From: a virus
Taxonomy: Duplodnaviria; Caudoviricetes
DNA length: 64,000 bases
Strand: one strand, 5' to 3'
IMG/VR virus record: IMGVR_UViG_3300042997_002652
Location: 128,001 to 192,000 of that record
The notes beneath the pieces were generated by a model. It saw only the letters and a list, made by a program, of their open reading frames with translations, ran no database searches and had not been told where the DNA came from. The position numbers and the translations under genes are program-made. Positions 16,229 to 26,658 of the stretch are shown here, one piece after another. Position 1 is the stretch's first letter. Each line of letters opens with the position of its first letter.

Positions 16229-17296
16229 TTATTGTTCTTCTTGTATTTCAATAACTTCTTCTGGGTCAGTTTTTTCAGCACGAGTTAAAAACTCACTCAT
16301 AACGATATCTAAACATCCATCGTCATTTCGTTCCCAACCTTTGCGAAACTTTTTGATGATAGTACCATCATTAGACTTATATACTAACGAGTTACCTTCT
16401 TTAGTTACCATAGCTTTTGCTTCAATCATGTCAAGAAGACCGCTATAAGGGTTCATACCTGTTTCGTATGGGATTTTAATCTGCACACTTTCAAACGGCT
16501 TAGCATAACGAGTTTTCATGATCTTACATGCTGATCTGATACCTCTTACTTCAGTGATCTTGTTACCGTCTTCGTCTTCTTTTAGTTTTAGCTTTTTCAT
16601 AGCTACTACTATAGAAGATGCATATACGAATCCTTGACCACCTGAAATTTTATCATCTGGATCAAACATGTCTTGCGATTGGTAAGTATGGTTAGTTGCT
16701 ACTAATCCAACGTTTTGTGAACCAAACATGTTAACACAGTTACGAACAAGTGAAGTTAGTGCTTTGGGCTTGCGACCCATGTCACCTTTCATGTCACCGG
16801 ATTCAAACTGATTTACGTCAGTTGGAGTCATCAACATACCAAGTGAGTCAATAATAAAAAGCACTTTGGGCTTGTCGTCTGGTGCAAGTGTTTTGTATGA
16901 CTTCATGAATTCTGAAATAGTTTTAGCTACGTCATCAATCATGGCCATATTAAGTTTCAACAGCTTTTGTTCACTGGTGTCTACTCCAAGTGCATGAAGC
17001 CAAGATTCGTCAAGTGCGTTTTCACTATCAATTAGCACAACGTAAATTCCCTGTTCTTGTGCATGACGAATTAAGTTACCAGAGCAGATATAAGATTTAC
17101 CTGAACCTGATTCACCTGCAAATACTGTAACTTTACCTAGCGGAACACCTTTATTAAAGTCGCTAGATATCAGATAGTTTAAGGCATAGTTTCCGGTGCT
17201 GACCCAATCAGTAGGGTCATTGAAACCAATGCTTAAACCATCAATAGATTTTGTAATGTCTTTTCTAAACTTAGAAAGATCAAACGGTTTTGTCAT
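16229..17296 (-). CDS. uvsX: UvsX/RecA-like recombinase
   Basis: GESGSGKS, IDSENA, IDSLG, TNHTY, SGG. Confidence 0.93.
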   Translation of the reverse strand: MTKPFDLSKFRKDITKSIDGLSIGFNDPTDWVSTGNYALNYLISSDFNKGVPLGKVTVFAGESGSGKSYICSGNLIRHAQEQGIYVVLIDSENALDESWLHALGVDTSEQKLLKLNMAMIDDVAKTISEFMKSYKTLAPDDKPKVLFIIDSLGMLMTPTDVNQFESGDMKGDMGRKPKALTSLVRNCVNMFGSQNVGLVATNHTYQSQDMFDPDDKISGGQGFVYASSIVVAMKKLKLKEDEDGNKITEVRGIRSACKIMKTRYAKPFESVQIKIPYETGMNPYSGLLDMIEAKAMVTKEGNSLVYKSNDGTIIKKFRKGWERNDDGCLDIVMSEFLTRAEKTDPEEVIEIQEEQ

Positions 17297-17297
17297 A

Positions 17298-17510
17298 TTA
17301 CTTTACTCCCTTAGGATGTTCCTTAGGAGCGACTTCAATATCCGAACGACCGATAGCTTTAAGCCATGTATTCAGTCTATGAATTATTGTGCTATCGTCT
17401 TTGGGATTATCAAAGCTAATACTGCAATCCATAACAGTATCACCGCTGTCTGCTTCGCGGCTATTATAATTTAGTGAAAAATTTTCATTAATTTTTGTAA
17501 TCTTACCCAT
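17298..17510 (-). CDS. hypothetical protein
   Basis: 70-aa ORF in operon. Confidence 0.7.
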   Translation of the reverse strand: MGKITKINENFSLNYNSREADSGDTVMDCSISFDNPKDDSTIIHRLNTWLKAIGRSDIEVAPKEHPKGVK

Positions 17511-17519
17511 ATATTCCTC

Positions 17520-17747
17520 TTATTTTAATACTCTTATTTTAGCAGTCTTTGAACTATTATCAAGATATTCAGGACAAGCTTCTGCGATATAATTTAACTC
17601 TGAATCAAGAGGAAAATGTTTTAGTAAACTTCTAGCACGATCTCTAACCGCACTAGGTACTCTTGGAGTTTTACCAGGGTCGCATAACTCTTCTATAAAT
17701 TTTCTAGACTGCTTTAATGCGTGATATCTTTGATCAGGCATGGTCAT
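17520..17747 (-). CDS. hypothetical protein
   Basis: 75 aa, GGAGA SD. Confidence 0.75.
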   Translation of the reverse strand: MTMPDQRYHALKQSRKFIEELCDPGKTPRVPSAVRDRARSLLKHFPLDSELNYIAEACPEYLDNSSKTAKIRVLK

Positions 17748-17760
17748 AATTATTCTCCTA

Positions 17761-17786
17761 AAAAGAAGAGGGGATTTCTCCCCTCT
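17761..17786 (-). terminator. intrinsic terminator after the SSB gene
   Basis: Stem AGAGGGGA/TCCCCTCT with U-tract on the minus strand. Confidence 0.7.
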
Positions 17787-17796
17787 TTATAGGGTA

Positions 17797-18771
17797 TTAA
17801 GCCTGATTCTGACGAGCGCGAATTTTAGCTAGAATATCCTGTGCCTTGTCACTTGACATTGCAGTAGTAGGAACTACTACAGGTTCGTCAGGTTCAAACG
17901 GAAGATCATCATTTGTGCTTGCTGATGCTGAAGTGTTAGTTGCAGCAGGTGCAGCAGGTGTACTAGAAGAACTTGCAGGAGCTTCTAATCCATAAGGTCT
18001 GAAGTATGTACCCCACTTTTCGTTATCAAAGGGAAGACCATCTACTGATGCTTCAAACATTTCTTTCATGATAGCCACTTCTGCTTGTGTAGGCTTCTTT
18101 GGAAGAAACTCTGACAAGTTAAACAAGCCGTGTGCATCAATAGCTGCTTGCTCTGCTTCAGTAAGAGCAGTTTCTTTACGTGCCCAGTTAGAAGTAGAGT
18201 AGTCTGCGTAACCACCTTTGCTAGTCTTGCGAATAACAAAGTCTAAACCGCGAGTAGCGTGTGTTGGCAGTTCTTCCATTTCAGGATCCATCAAACCAGT
18301 TTTGATGATAGGGATCAATTGTGGAGAAATAATAAATCTACGAATAGGATTTGCGGGAGTAGTATCATCACCCATTGGATTTTGACGAACAAAACCTTGA
18401 AAAAGATAAGAACGCTTTTTCCAGTACTTGTTTGCCATTTCTTTTAATGATTCGTCTTTATACCAAGGACGAACTTCTGCTAGAATAGGGCAAGATTCAC
18501 CATACATTTCCATACATGGAATAGTTACTGTAACTTGTTTTGCGTTAGAGTCACCTTTTACACCATTGAATGGAAGTTTGATAACTTGTTTTTCTATCCA
18601 AAAGAATTCATTTTTTGAATCACCATCAGGTAAAAATCTGATAGTAGCTGTTGTACCTTCAGTAATATTCCAATGAGGATAAATTGAATTGTCAGATGGG
18701 CCGGATGATTTGTTGTTTGATTTGTTTTCTTGTGCTGCGATACGAGCACGAATGTCTGCTAACGATGCCAT
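17797..18771 (-). CDS. 32: T4 gp32-like single-stranded DNA-binding protein
   Basis: Basic N-tail, IRFLP, C...YGE.CPI, YWKKRSY, GGYADYSTS, C-terminal linker. Confidence 0.88.
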   Translation of the reverse strand: MASLADIRARIAAQENKSNNKSSGPSDNSIYPHWNITEGTTATIRFLPDGDSKNEFFWIEKQVIKLPFNGVKGDSNAKQVTVTIPCMEMYGESCPILAEVRPWYKDESLKEMANKYWKKRSYLFQGFVRQNPMGDDTTPANPIRRFIISPQLIPIIKTGLMDPEMEELPTHATRGLDFVIRKTSKGGYADYSTSNWARKETALTEAEQAAIDAHGLFNLSEFLPKKPTQAEVAIMKEMFEASVDGLPFDNEKWGTYFRPYGLEAPASSSSTPAAPAATNTSASASTNDDLPFEPDEPVVVPTTAMSSDKAQDILAKIRARQNQA

Positions 18772-18893
18772 GAGTTGGTCTCCTTTAAGTGCCTAAGATG
18801 GTCTTTGGGTCTTTCAATATTCGTTAGATACCTTTATCTAACTAACATAAACAATAATACTACTTGTCGGTGAATATGTCAATAGTATTTATA
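18772..18893 (-). promoter_or_regulatory. SSB leader: TATAAATA, TTGACA-17-TATTAT promoter, 8-bp hairpin
   Basis: TATAAATA 18893-18886; -35 at 18882-18877; stem GTTAGATA/TATCTAAC 18823-18842. Confidence 0.6.
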
Positions 18894-18905
18894 CCCAGTA
18901 AAAGG

Positions 18906-18929
18906 AAACCGCACAATAAAGTGCGGTTT
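18906..18929. terminator. intrinsic terminator
   Basis: AAACCGCAC-AATAAA-GTGCGGTTT. Confidence 0.7.
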
Positions 18930-18950
18930 TTGAACAACTAGTTTACCCTT

Positions 18951-20921
18951 TTACTTGATCAATCGTTTTATCATGTCTAGATCGTCTTGACCTTCATTCA
19001 TACTAGAACTACTTGCTAGTATTTGTTCCATTTCTCTTATCCAGCCACTTACATCACTTGAACCGATTTCGTCTAATTCTTCTCCGGCAAAACGTGAACT
19101 AATTTCGTCTATAGCATCGTTAATAGCTCCTATTCCATATTTGTTAAGTAAATCAGTTCTAACGCGAGTTACTCTGGTATACAGTGCGTTTGCTACAGAA
19201 TCTTGAGCATTTTCGTTGATGGATTCGGACATTGGATAGGGATCATACTCGTCGGCTAGACGATCAACCACTATGTTTAGAATCTTTTCAAAGTCATCGT
19301 CGGAGTGTAGGGGGTGGTCAGTAGTAACGTCATCATACATCTGTTGTAATATGTCGGCGACGTTTTGTTGTGGTTTTGTTTTGGGATGGTTCATAACTTG
19401 GTATGCGTCTATGTTACCATTTACGATATCCATGATAACTGATTCTTCAGTAGAATCGTGTGCTACTGCTTCATTTGCACCAACCAATTTACCAACAGCA
19501 CCCGCTTTACCTACTTTTTCAGTTGGTCCAAGTTGGCCTACACGCTTTTGATCAGCATCTAAGTCTTCTTCAACTTCGTCATTCCCAGATAGTGCTCCTG
19601 CTATTCCCTGACCTACAACAGACCCAACTGTCTGACCAACCCTGCCAGCGCCTGCTAATGCACGACCGGCAATGGCTCCAACTACAGGGGCGATTTCTGA
19701 AATTTCTTCACCTTCGCCAATATCAGAAGTAATCTTTTTTAGATTTTCTGGATTGCGATAGTTGGGCTGCGGTTCTCCCTTTTCATTTGCCAACTTAACT
19801 TTACCACTAGAATGGACATATGTTACGTGCATTGGTTTACCTGTGTAATCACATATTACATCATCGCCTACTTTCAGTTTTGACGAGGATTGCTGTTCAG
19901 TTTCAATTATAGTTGAAATACTTTCTGCCCATTCTTCTAATTCTTTAACTTCTTTCACTGGAGTTTCTCTTATTTTAGTATGTAGTCTTGATAAGATTGG
20001 CATTACACTTTCAATTCTTGGGTCTACGGTTTCTTGAACAAACAGTTCATTAATCTGTGTACCATCTGTATCATCTTCCATCAATGCAGGAGTCCACGAT
20101 TCAAAGTACATATTGTACCCTCTATGACCGCGTAACTTACCTAGTGTTTCACGCAATGATTGATAATGATTAATGCCTTCATTTACTAATGATTGTGCAG
20201 ATTCATTAAACTGTTTGTTTTTAGTTGCGCGAACAAAGCCAGCCATTTTGCTGTATTCTTCGCACAGTGCTTTAACGTGATTCCAACGTTCATCATTTGG
20301 TACACCGCCTTCAGCAATATGTCTAGCATATATTTGTGCTATACCCGGGCGAGTAGTTGGTGCTAAAAATCTTTCACCTTCTTGGTTTTCTAAAAAGATT
20401 TTAGCAATGTTTCTATAACGCTGCTCCCCTTCTTCTATCTTACGATTGTGTTGTAAGATAATCTTAACAGCAGGTATGTTGTCGTTATAACTTGCTTTGT
20501 TACCCATTGAATGGTAACCTTCATTCATCTTTTCTTTCTTTTTAACATAATCTCGTTGTGCCATATCGTCACCTAATTCGTCTTTGTTTCTTAATTCAAA
20601 TGAAAGTTGTTTGTTCATGGACCATTGCTTTAAATGTCTTTTTAATCCAGACCAAGAATCGTCATAATCTAATCCAGGACTTTTACCAGATGGGCTTTCT
20701 TCTTGTTCGTTGTCATAATATAAAATTACTTTTTGTGCATCATCTATAGTAACCCAAGCATCACCATAATCTTTACCATCTTTTGTAAAAGTAAAGTTAA
20801 ATACTTCTGCTGCCTGAGGCTGAGTGCGTTGGTTTTTAGCGTCTTTTGGAACTGGTTTATAACCTCTAGTTCTTAAAAGTTTATAAAGGTCTGTATTAAA
20901 AGATTCTTGGTCAATGGCCAT
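18951..20921 (-). CDS. late modular protein adjacent to terminase, probably virion/prohead associated
   Basis: 656 aa; TAAATA at 20951-20946; C-terminal half of short segments bounded by Glu-rich linkers. Confidence 0.7.
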   Translation of the reverse strand: MAIDQESFNTDLYKLLRTRGYKPVPKDAKNQRTQPQAAEVFNFTFTKDGKDYGDAWVTIDDAQKVILYYDNEQEESPSGKSPGLDYDDSWSGLKRHLKQWSMNKQLSFELRNKDELGDDMAQRDYVKKKEKMNEGYHSMGNKASYNDNIPAVKIILQHNRKIEEGEQRYRNIAKIFLENQEGERFLAPTTRPGIAQIYARHIAEGGVPNDERWNHVKALCEEYSKMAGFVRATKNKQFNESAQSLVNEGINHYQSLRETLGKLRGHRGYNMYFESWTPALMEDDTDGTQINELFVQETVDPRIESVMPILSRLHTKIRETPVKEVKELEEWAESISTIIETEQQSSSKLKVGDDVICDYTGKPMHVTYVHSSGKVKLANEKGEPQPNYRNPENLKKITSDIGEGEEISEIAPVVGAIAGRALAGAGRVGQTVGSVVGQGIAGALSGNDEVEEDLDADQKRVGQLGPTEKVGKAGAVGKLVGANEAVAHDSTEESVIMDIVNGNIDAYQVMNHPKTKPQQNVADILQQMYDDVTTDHPLHSDDDFEKILNIVVDRLADEYDPYPMSESINENAQDSVANALYTRVTRVRTDLLNKYGIGAINDAIDEISSRFAGEELDEIGSSDVSGWIREMEQILASSSSMNEGQDDLDMIKRLIK

Positions 20922-20957
20922 TTTATTGTTCCTAAACTAATAGAGTATTTATCTTTA

Positions 20958-22508
20958 TTAACTGATAACAGCAAAGAAAGGTAATGGCGCAATGTCGCTG
21001 TCGTGATCACGCATTTGAGATTCTAAATCATAATGATAATCGCTTAGTTGCTGTAATATTCTAACTACTAAAAGTGTAGACATTACTAAGTCATCATTAT
21101 CACCTACTTTAGCGGCATAACTACCACCGTGAGCAATAAACGCTTTTAGTTCTGATATCAAACTACGACTGTTTATCTTCATCTTTTTACTTTCTACTAA
21201 TGTTTTAAACTTTGCGCAAGCGGCTAATTTTGATTTATTAGTAGTGTTAAATCCTTTGCGTTTCTTTCCCGGTTCACTCATAAATATGCCCGGAATATTT
21301 GCTTCACCATATTCATTTAATGATACTAACGCTGCTTCACCGATAGAATTATTTTCTAATGAGTAATAGATATTGTTAGGTTCGTTTGTTTTGTCAACGA
21401 TATATTTGTTTATTTGTGCTAACAGTTTTATTTGGCTAGGAATATCTGTTTTATTATGTTTCCATTCGCCTATTTGTTTAGTAGTATTTGCTTCAAATAT
21501 TTGTATAGCAGCTGGATCACTACCAGTACCCAGCGACGGATCCAATCCGACTGCGTAAATATTTCCTTTTTTTGGCTCTTCATACCATCTAACTTGTCCC
21601 ATTCTGTTAATAGGTTCTATACCAGATAGTTCTATCAATGTGCTGGGATTTATTAATGTTTCGTCTGCGATTAAAAATTCAAGTCCCATTTCTCTGCGAA
21701 ATCTGTCATCGCCCAACTGCGCTCGCATTTTATCAGCCCAAATCTGATCACGTTCTGGGTGTCTGCGCCAATCTGCTTTAAATGCTTTAAATCCGTTTAC
21801 ACCTACATCAGTTGCGTTTCCGTATGCGTCTTCACACTTGTTAGCACCTTTCCAAATGAGTGCAAACTGATCTTCATCAGAGTTAGGTGTAGACGTAATA
21901 ATTGCTTTACCACCAGTTGCTAGTGTTGGTGTAATAGAAGTCCAGAATAATTCAGCGATTGATGGTCTTACGAAGGCAAACTCGTCAAGATATAAAAGTG
22001 TGATAGACATACCACGACCTGTGTTTTCGGTAGTAGTTGCTGAAACAATTCTTGATCCGTTTTCAAAGTCAAGTGAACCTTTGTTATAAGTGGTGACACC
22101 TGCTTTAATATGCATGGGACAGTTTTCATACGCATATCTAATACGCTGCATGATTTCTTGAGCGCCTGCATATTTGTGTGCTGCAATCAAAATAGTAGAG
22201 TCTGGTATAAACATTGCATACCATAACAAGTATCCAGCTGCGGTAGTTGTTTTACCTAACTGTCTAGATAAAAGATTCACAGAGAATCTAAAGTCGTGAT
22301 AGTTTTTTGCTAGTTCTACTTGATAATCCCATGGCTGATACAACATGCTACCTTTAGTAGGATGTTGAATATAAAAGAAATGACTCATGAAATATGCGTA
22401 GCCTGTTTGCGGATCGCAACAAGCTATAAAGTCATCAAGTTCTTGCTGAGTAGCAAAGTGAGTTTTTACATATGGATCTTTAACAAAAGTTTGCTGATTT
22501 TTAGACAT
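20958..22508 (-). CDS. terL: terminase large subunit (T4 gp17-like)
   Basis: SRQLGKTT, LYLDEFAF, TSTPN, nuclease GLDPS, DDLVM; TAAATA at 22518-22513. Confidence 0.95.
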   Translation of the reverse strand: MSKNQQTFVKDPYVKTHFATQQELDDFIACCDPQTGYAYFMSHFFYIQHPTKGSMLYQPWDYQVELAKNYHDFRFSVNLLSRQLGKTTTAAGYLLWYAMFIPDSTILIAAHKYAGAQEIMQRIRYAYENCPMHIKAGVTTYNKGSLDFENGSRIVSATTTENTGRGMSITLLYLDEFAFVRPSIAELFWTSITPTLATGGKAIITSTPNSDEDQFALIWKGANKCEDAYGNATDVGVNGFKAFKADWRRHPERDQIWADKMRAQLGDDRFRREMGLEFLIADETLINPSTLIELSGIEPINRMGQVRWYEEPKKGNIYAVGLDPSLGTGSDPAAIQIFEANTTKQIGEWKHNKTDIPSQIKLLAQINKYIVDKTNEPNNIYYSLENNSIGEAALVSLNEYGEANIPGIFMSEPGKKRKGFNTTNKSKLAACAKFKTLVESKKMKINSRSLISELKAFIAHGGSYAAKVGDNDDLVMSTLLVVRILQQLSDYHYDLESQMRDHDSDIAPLPFFAVIS

Positions 22509-22530
22509 ATAGTATTTATGTACTCACAAT

Positions 22531-24282
22531 TTAGTTAGTAAGTTCTTCCCAGCCTAGTTTCCACAATAAATCTGCATTAGTAGCTGTGTACGCTACGGCA
22601 AGTGTTAGTGTGCTGGGTGTACCGTTAGCATATCTCCATAATTGAATTCGTTTCTTAACATCTTCACTAATTTCTACTTCATCACGGCTACTAGATAATC
22701 CTGCATAAACAACTTTACCATCTGTTATAGTATCAGTATGTATAGCACTTTGAACTACTGATCCTACCACATTACTAAATGAGGCATTTGCAATAGTTGC
22801 GTTTTCAATTAATTGAAACTGACCATACCGAACATCAAGTGATAACAAATCAAGTTGAGCAGGAACCACAACCGCGTCCGGATATGCAGGATTTAATCTT
22901 ATTGAACATAATGAGATTACTGTATTTGCCGAACCTACTCTTGTAGGAGATGTATTGTTAGTAACATATCCAACTGTAGTGCTTGGCGTATAGCCACCTT
23001 CACTGATAACAGTGCTACAAATTTGTTTCATTGTACTATTGCCACTGGTTGAGTCAGTATTTGTTATTTCATATCGCGGGTTTAATGTAGCAGTCGTCAT
23101 ATAAACAGTTGTGTTTCCTGGCTGATTAGCGTGTTGGAATGTATGACATACGATAAATTGACCGTTGATTACAAAACCTGCACGAACGTTACCTACGCCC
23201 AACCATTCAATGTCGCACCAAAATATTTGCGTCAACGTCGGATCCAACACAATACCTGACAATAAGGTATTTCCATTCCATGATGCTTGTGCAATTCTTT
23301 CTTCAACTACTACTCCTGTTGTGCTACTACGAATAACAAGATTAAGTGTAGTACCTACTGCTTCAAAATATACACCATTATCAGTTGTAAAATAACCAAC
23401 TCGCTGCCTTAGGTTAGCCTTAAGAGTAGCCATTGCAAATGTGTTCATTGTTAATAAACTTTTGCCAGGTTGATATGCTTGAACAGTTTTAGATTGTCTA
23501 ATTACACTACTACCACTAGTAGAAGAAACATTTAAATTAAATGAACTTTCGTTTTGAACATAAACTACATTACCGCCGGTAGCAGTGATATTACTAAATT
23601 GGTCACCGTCAATGTAACGATTTTGGCTGTCAAATAATGTGTAGGGTTCACTCACTCTTAAACGACCAAATGCATCTAGGTTAGTTCCAGTGATTGCTAC
23701 ATTAGCGTTGCCGCCTGTGACTATCGCATTGACATTTCCTGATACGACCCAAGGGCTAGTACCTTGAGTTACAGTTACATTACCACCTGTGACGTTTGCA
23801 TTAACATTACCTGTAATTGCTGGCATTGTGCCAATATTAACATTACCTGATACAGAGACATTGCCACCTGTAATATTTGCGTTAACATTTGGCATTGTAC
23901 CAATGTTAACATTACCTGTTATACCAACATTACCATCTACTGTAATACTGCCGCCGCCATCTACTATAGTAACATTAGATGATATAGTGCTTACTGTTAC
24001 AGTACCAGTGACTACGGCGTTGACATTGCCGCCTGATATAGTGACATTACTATTGCCGTCTAAACTAACAGGCATCCAAGGAACTGTCAATTCACCGCTT
24101 GTTCCGATTTGTGAAACATGTGCGTCAACATTTCCGGGAATGTTTACGTTTCCGTCAATAACGATGTTTCCAGTAAATCCAGTTCTGACATAAACATTAC
24201 CCGTAGTCTCGTCTAGTGCAAGTGCTTGGGTAATATTACGTAAGTACCAGGGTGCTACTTCTGAGGGATTCGGTACGGCCAT
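22531..24282 (-). CDS. virion structural protein with G/N/V-rich repeats
   Basis: Repeated GNV/GGNV motifs, beta-rich C-terminal domain; TAAATA at 24316-24311. Confidence 0.7.
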   Translation of the reverse strand: MAVPNPSEVAPWYLRNITQALALDETTGNVYVRTGFTGNIVIDGNVNIPGNVDAHVSQIGTSGELTVPWMPVSLDGNSNVTISGGNVNAVVTGTVTVSTISSNVTIVDGGGSITVDGNVGITGNVNIGTMPNVNANITGGNVSVSGNVNIGTMPAITGNVNANVTGGNVTVTQGTSPWVVSGNVNAIVTGGNANVAITGTNLDAFGRLRVSEPYTLFDSQNRYIDGDQFSNITATGGNVVYVQNESSFNLNVSSTSGSSVIRQSKTVQAYQPGKSLLTMNTFAMATLKANLRQRVGYFTTDNGVYFEAVGTTLNLVIRSSTTGVVVEERIAQASWNGNTLLSGIVLDPTLTQIFWCDIEWLGVGNVRAGFVINGQFIVCHTFQHANQPGNTTVYMTTATLNPRYEITNTDSTSGNSTMKQICSTVISEGGYTPSTTVGYVTNNTSPTRVGSANTVISLCSIRLNPAYPDAVVVPAQLDLLSLDVRYGQFQLIENATIANASFSNVVGSVVQSAIHTDTITDGKVVYAGLSSSRDEVEISEDVKKRIQLWRYANGTPSTLTLAVAYTATNADLLWKLGWEELTN

Positions 24283-24330
24283 AATTAAATACTCTTATAT
24301 TAACTAAGAGTATTTATCTTATACTTCGTA

Positions 24331-24978
24331 CTAATCTTTATCAGTTTCTTCTTGACTTGTTTTGTATTGCCATTCGTCTGAATGAGCTACATTCCACTTA
24401 GGTGAAGTTTCTACTTTGTAGTTTTTAGAACATGCTTTGAAATCAGGTGTTTTCTTGTTTGCTAACACCAAACTTGAATCATGCCAAATAATTCTATTGT
24501 TTGGCTGTGCAGCAAACTGCCCATTATCTAGTTTTATAATGTTAAAACTTTTATGCTCAGGATCGTGCTCGGAAAAATTTTGATTTAATATAGTACGATC
24601 TGGATGACATGTATCTATAGTGAAAACATATTCACCAGGATGCATTTTACGATCTTTACCAAAGATTTCACACCTGCTTAACAAAGGTTTTTTAATAACA
24701 GTTATATGGTAGTCAAAACAATCCCATAGTTGTAAAGTATCTAAACTAAGATCATAATCCAAATCTGTTTTCCAAACAAAAGCACTAATAGGTAATTTAT
24801 CATATAAAGCTCCGTATTCAGTAAGCAAGGTTTCAAAATACAAAGCTTTACCTTCTATACTTTTTACTGACACCCAAACTCCCGGAATGTATTCACCTAA
24901 GCCTTTTTCACCATCATAAAGATATTCTTTTCTAACCATAACGGGAATTAAAGGTAAATTGTGAACTAAAAATGCCAT
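24331..24978 (-). CDS. hypothetical protein
   Basis: 215 aa, contains QFAAQPNNR; function unknown. Confidence 0.8.
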   Translation of the reverse strand: MAFLVHNLPLIPVMVRKEYLYDGEKGLGEYIPGVWVSVKSIEGKALYFETLLTEYGALYDKLPISAFVWKTDLDYDLSLDTLQLWDCFDYHITVIKKPLLSRCEIFGKDRKMHPGEYVFTIDTCHPDRTILNQNFSEHDPEHKSFNIIKLDNGQFAAQPNNRIIWHDSSLVLANKKTPDFKACSKNYKVETSPKWNVAHSDEWQYKTSQEETDKD

Positions 24979-25680
24979 TTATCTAATGTCTAGGGGTTTT
25001 GATTTGGTAGCCACAATACAGTAATACTTTTCACGCATTGTTTGTGTTTCACCAGTTTCTTGATTAGGAATACCTAAATCAAATTCTAAGTTATTAAACT
25101 TGTCAATAGTAAATCCTGCTCTAATCAATAACGCAGCTAGTTGATTATGACCTAAAATACTATAATGATTCAAATTCATTTCATGCTTACGATCACAATC
25201 AGGAGCAGGAACTTCAATATAAATCTTGCTGCCTTGCTTTAGAATACGATTGTATTCCATTAGCGAAAAGATAGGATACGGAGAATGTTCAAGAGCATGT
25301 CGTAAAAAGATAAAGTCAACACTTTCATCATAATATCCACCTGTTTGTGGTAAGAAAGACAAGTCATACTTTTTTATAGTATGCCCTTTCTTTTCACAAA
25401 TTTCAATATCACCTGGACTTAATGTAACACCTATTGTATTTGTATATTCACGAGTTTTCATTTCATCTAAGAAATAACCAGGCCCGCATCCTAAATCTAA
25501 GATATGAGCATCTTTAGATAATTCAAGAGGATCAATATAAGTTTCTACTACTTGTTTAGTAAGTTGTTTATGAAACTCACTGTCGCCTTCATCATATATG
25601 TGCGCTTGATACAAGTACTCGTTGTATAATTTAAGTTTGAGTAAATCCAAAGTGTTGTTAATGTCAATCATGTTTTTCAT
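24979..25680 (-). CDS. class I SAM-dependent methyltransferase
   Basis: ILDLGCGPG, FLRHALEH, LK.G..IYIEVP. Confidence 0.88.
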   Translation of the reverse strand: MKNMIDINNTLDLLKLKLYNEYLYQAHIYDEGDSEFHKQLTKQVVETYIDPLELSKDAHILDLGCGPGYFLDEMKTREYTNTIGVTLSPGDIEICEKKGHTIKKYDLSFLPQTGGYYDESVDFIFLRHALEHSPYPIFSLMEYNRILKQGSKIYIEVPAPDCDRKHEMNLNHYSILGHNQLAALLIRAGFTIDKFNNLEFDLGIPNQETGETQTMREKYYCIVATKSKPLDIR

Positions 25681-25713
25681 AAAAAATCCTATATGTGATT
25701 AACATTACTTATT

Positions 25714-26658
25714 CTAAAAATCAGTATATGAATTATTTTTCTTAGCATCTCGCTCTGTATTGTAAATGCCTTGCCATTTTTTAGCTAAAAACTGTACTAA
25801 CTGAGATACAGTAGTTAATTTGTTTTTATTCATAAAGTCAATAAGTTTTACTACATGATCACGATCTATTCCAGAATTAGGTTTTCTAGCATTACTCATT
25901 GAATTAGCTAAACCTCTAATAGAGTCATCCAATCTATTGATATCAGTAAACACCAAGTTATACCAAATTTCTCTAGCCTTGGTGCCTAACTGATTTTTGT
26001 TTTTTGCAGACATTACTTCTATCCACGGATATAAGTATCCTTTATATGTGGATTTATTTGCCAAGTTTACTTTGCTAATATCTTCTTTGCCGGTTAGTAA
26101 AGAAACATCACCTAAATTTCTTTTGTCAAAATTTAACCAAGCAGTTACATCAGTATAAAAATAAGCAGGGATATTTTGTTTTTTTGCTAGTATTAAAATT
26201 TGTCTAGCTCTAGCTTTAACTGAATCAGTTGCCGAAGTAGTGCCTTCACCGACTAATACATGAATTTCTTTTACACCACCTATACTCATTGTAGGTTCTT
26301 TACTAAAAATTCTATCTTCAGCTTCACTGCTTCTTCCACTTGCTGCTGTGCTCATTGAATTACGATCTTGATAATAATCAACTGAAGAGGCTTTATAGTG
26401 TCTGTTATACCAATCACCATTTAATACAAACAACACACCGTGCCTACCTAAACTATTTGTATGATAGCCACCGTGTCTAGTTCTAGTTGTACTTAAAAAG
26501 TATGGATAACCTTTGGGAGCATATTGTTGCTCAAGAGATCCCATTGCGCTAGTTAATTCAAAATTACCAGTGCTAAGTATATTTCTAGCTGGGAGAAAAG
26601 AAGTATAATGATAAACTACAGAACTAGCTCGTTCATTTATTAACTCTTTTGCTCTCAC
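25714..26658 (-). CDS. hypothetical protein with capsid-targeting-like N-terminus
   Basis: Starts MRAKELINE; YHYT...LSTTR core. Confidence 0.7.
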   Translation of the reverse strand: MRAKELINERASSVVYHYTSFLPARNILSTGNFELTSAMGSLEQQYAPKGYPYFLSTTRTRHGGYHTNSLGRHGVLFVLNGDWYNRHYKASSVDYYQDRNSMSTAASGRSSEAEDRIFSKEPTMSIGGVKEIHVLVGEGTTSATDSVKARARQILILAKKQNIPAYFYTDVTAWLNFDKRNLGDVSLLTGKEDISKVNLANKSTYKGYLYPWIEVMSAKNKNQLGTKAREIWYNLVFTDINRLDDSIRGLANSMSNARKPNSGIDRDHVVKLIDFMNKNKLTTVSQLVQFLAKKWQGIYNTERDAKKNNSYTDF

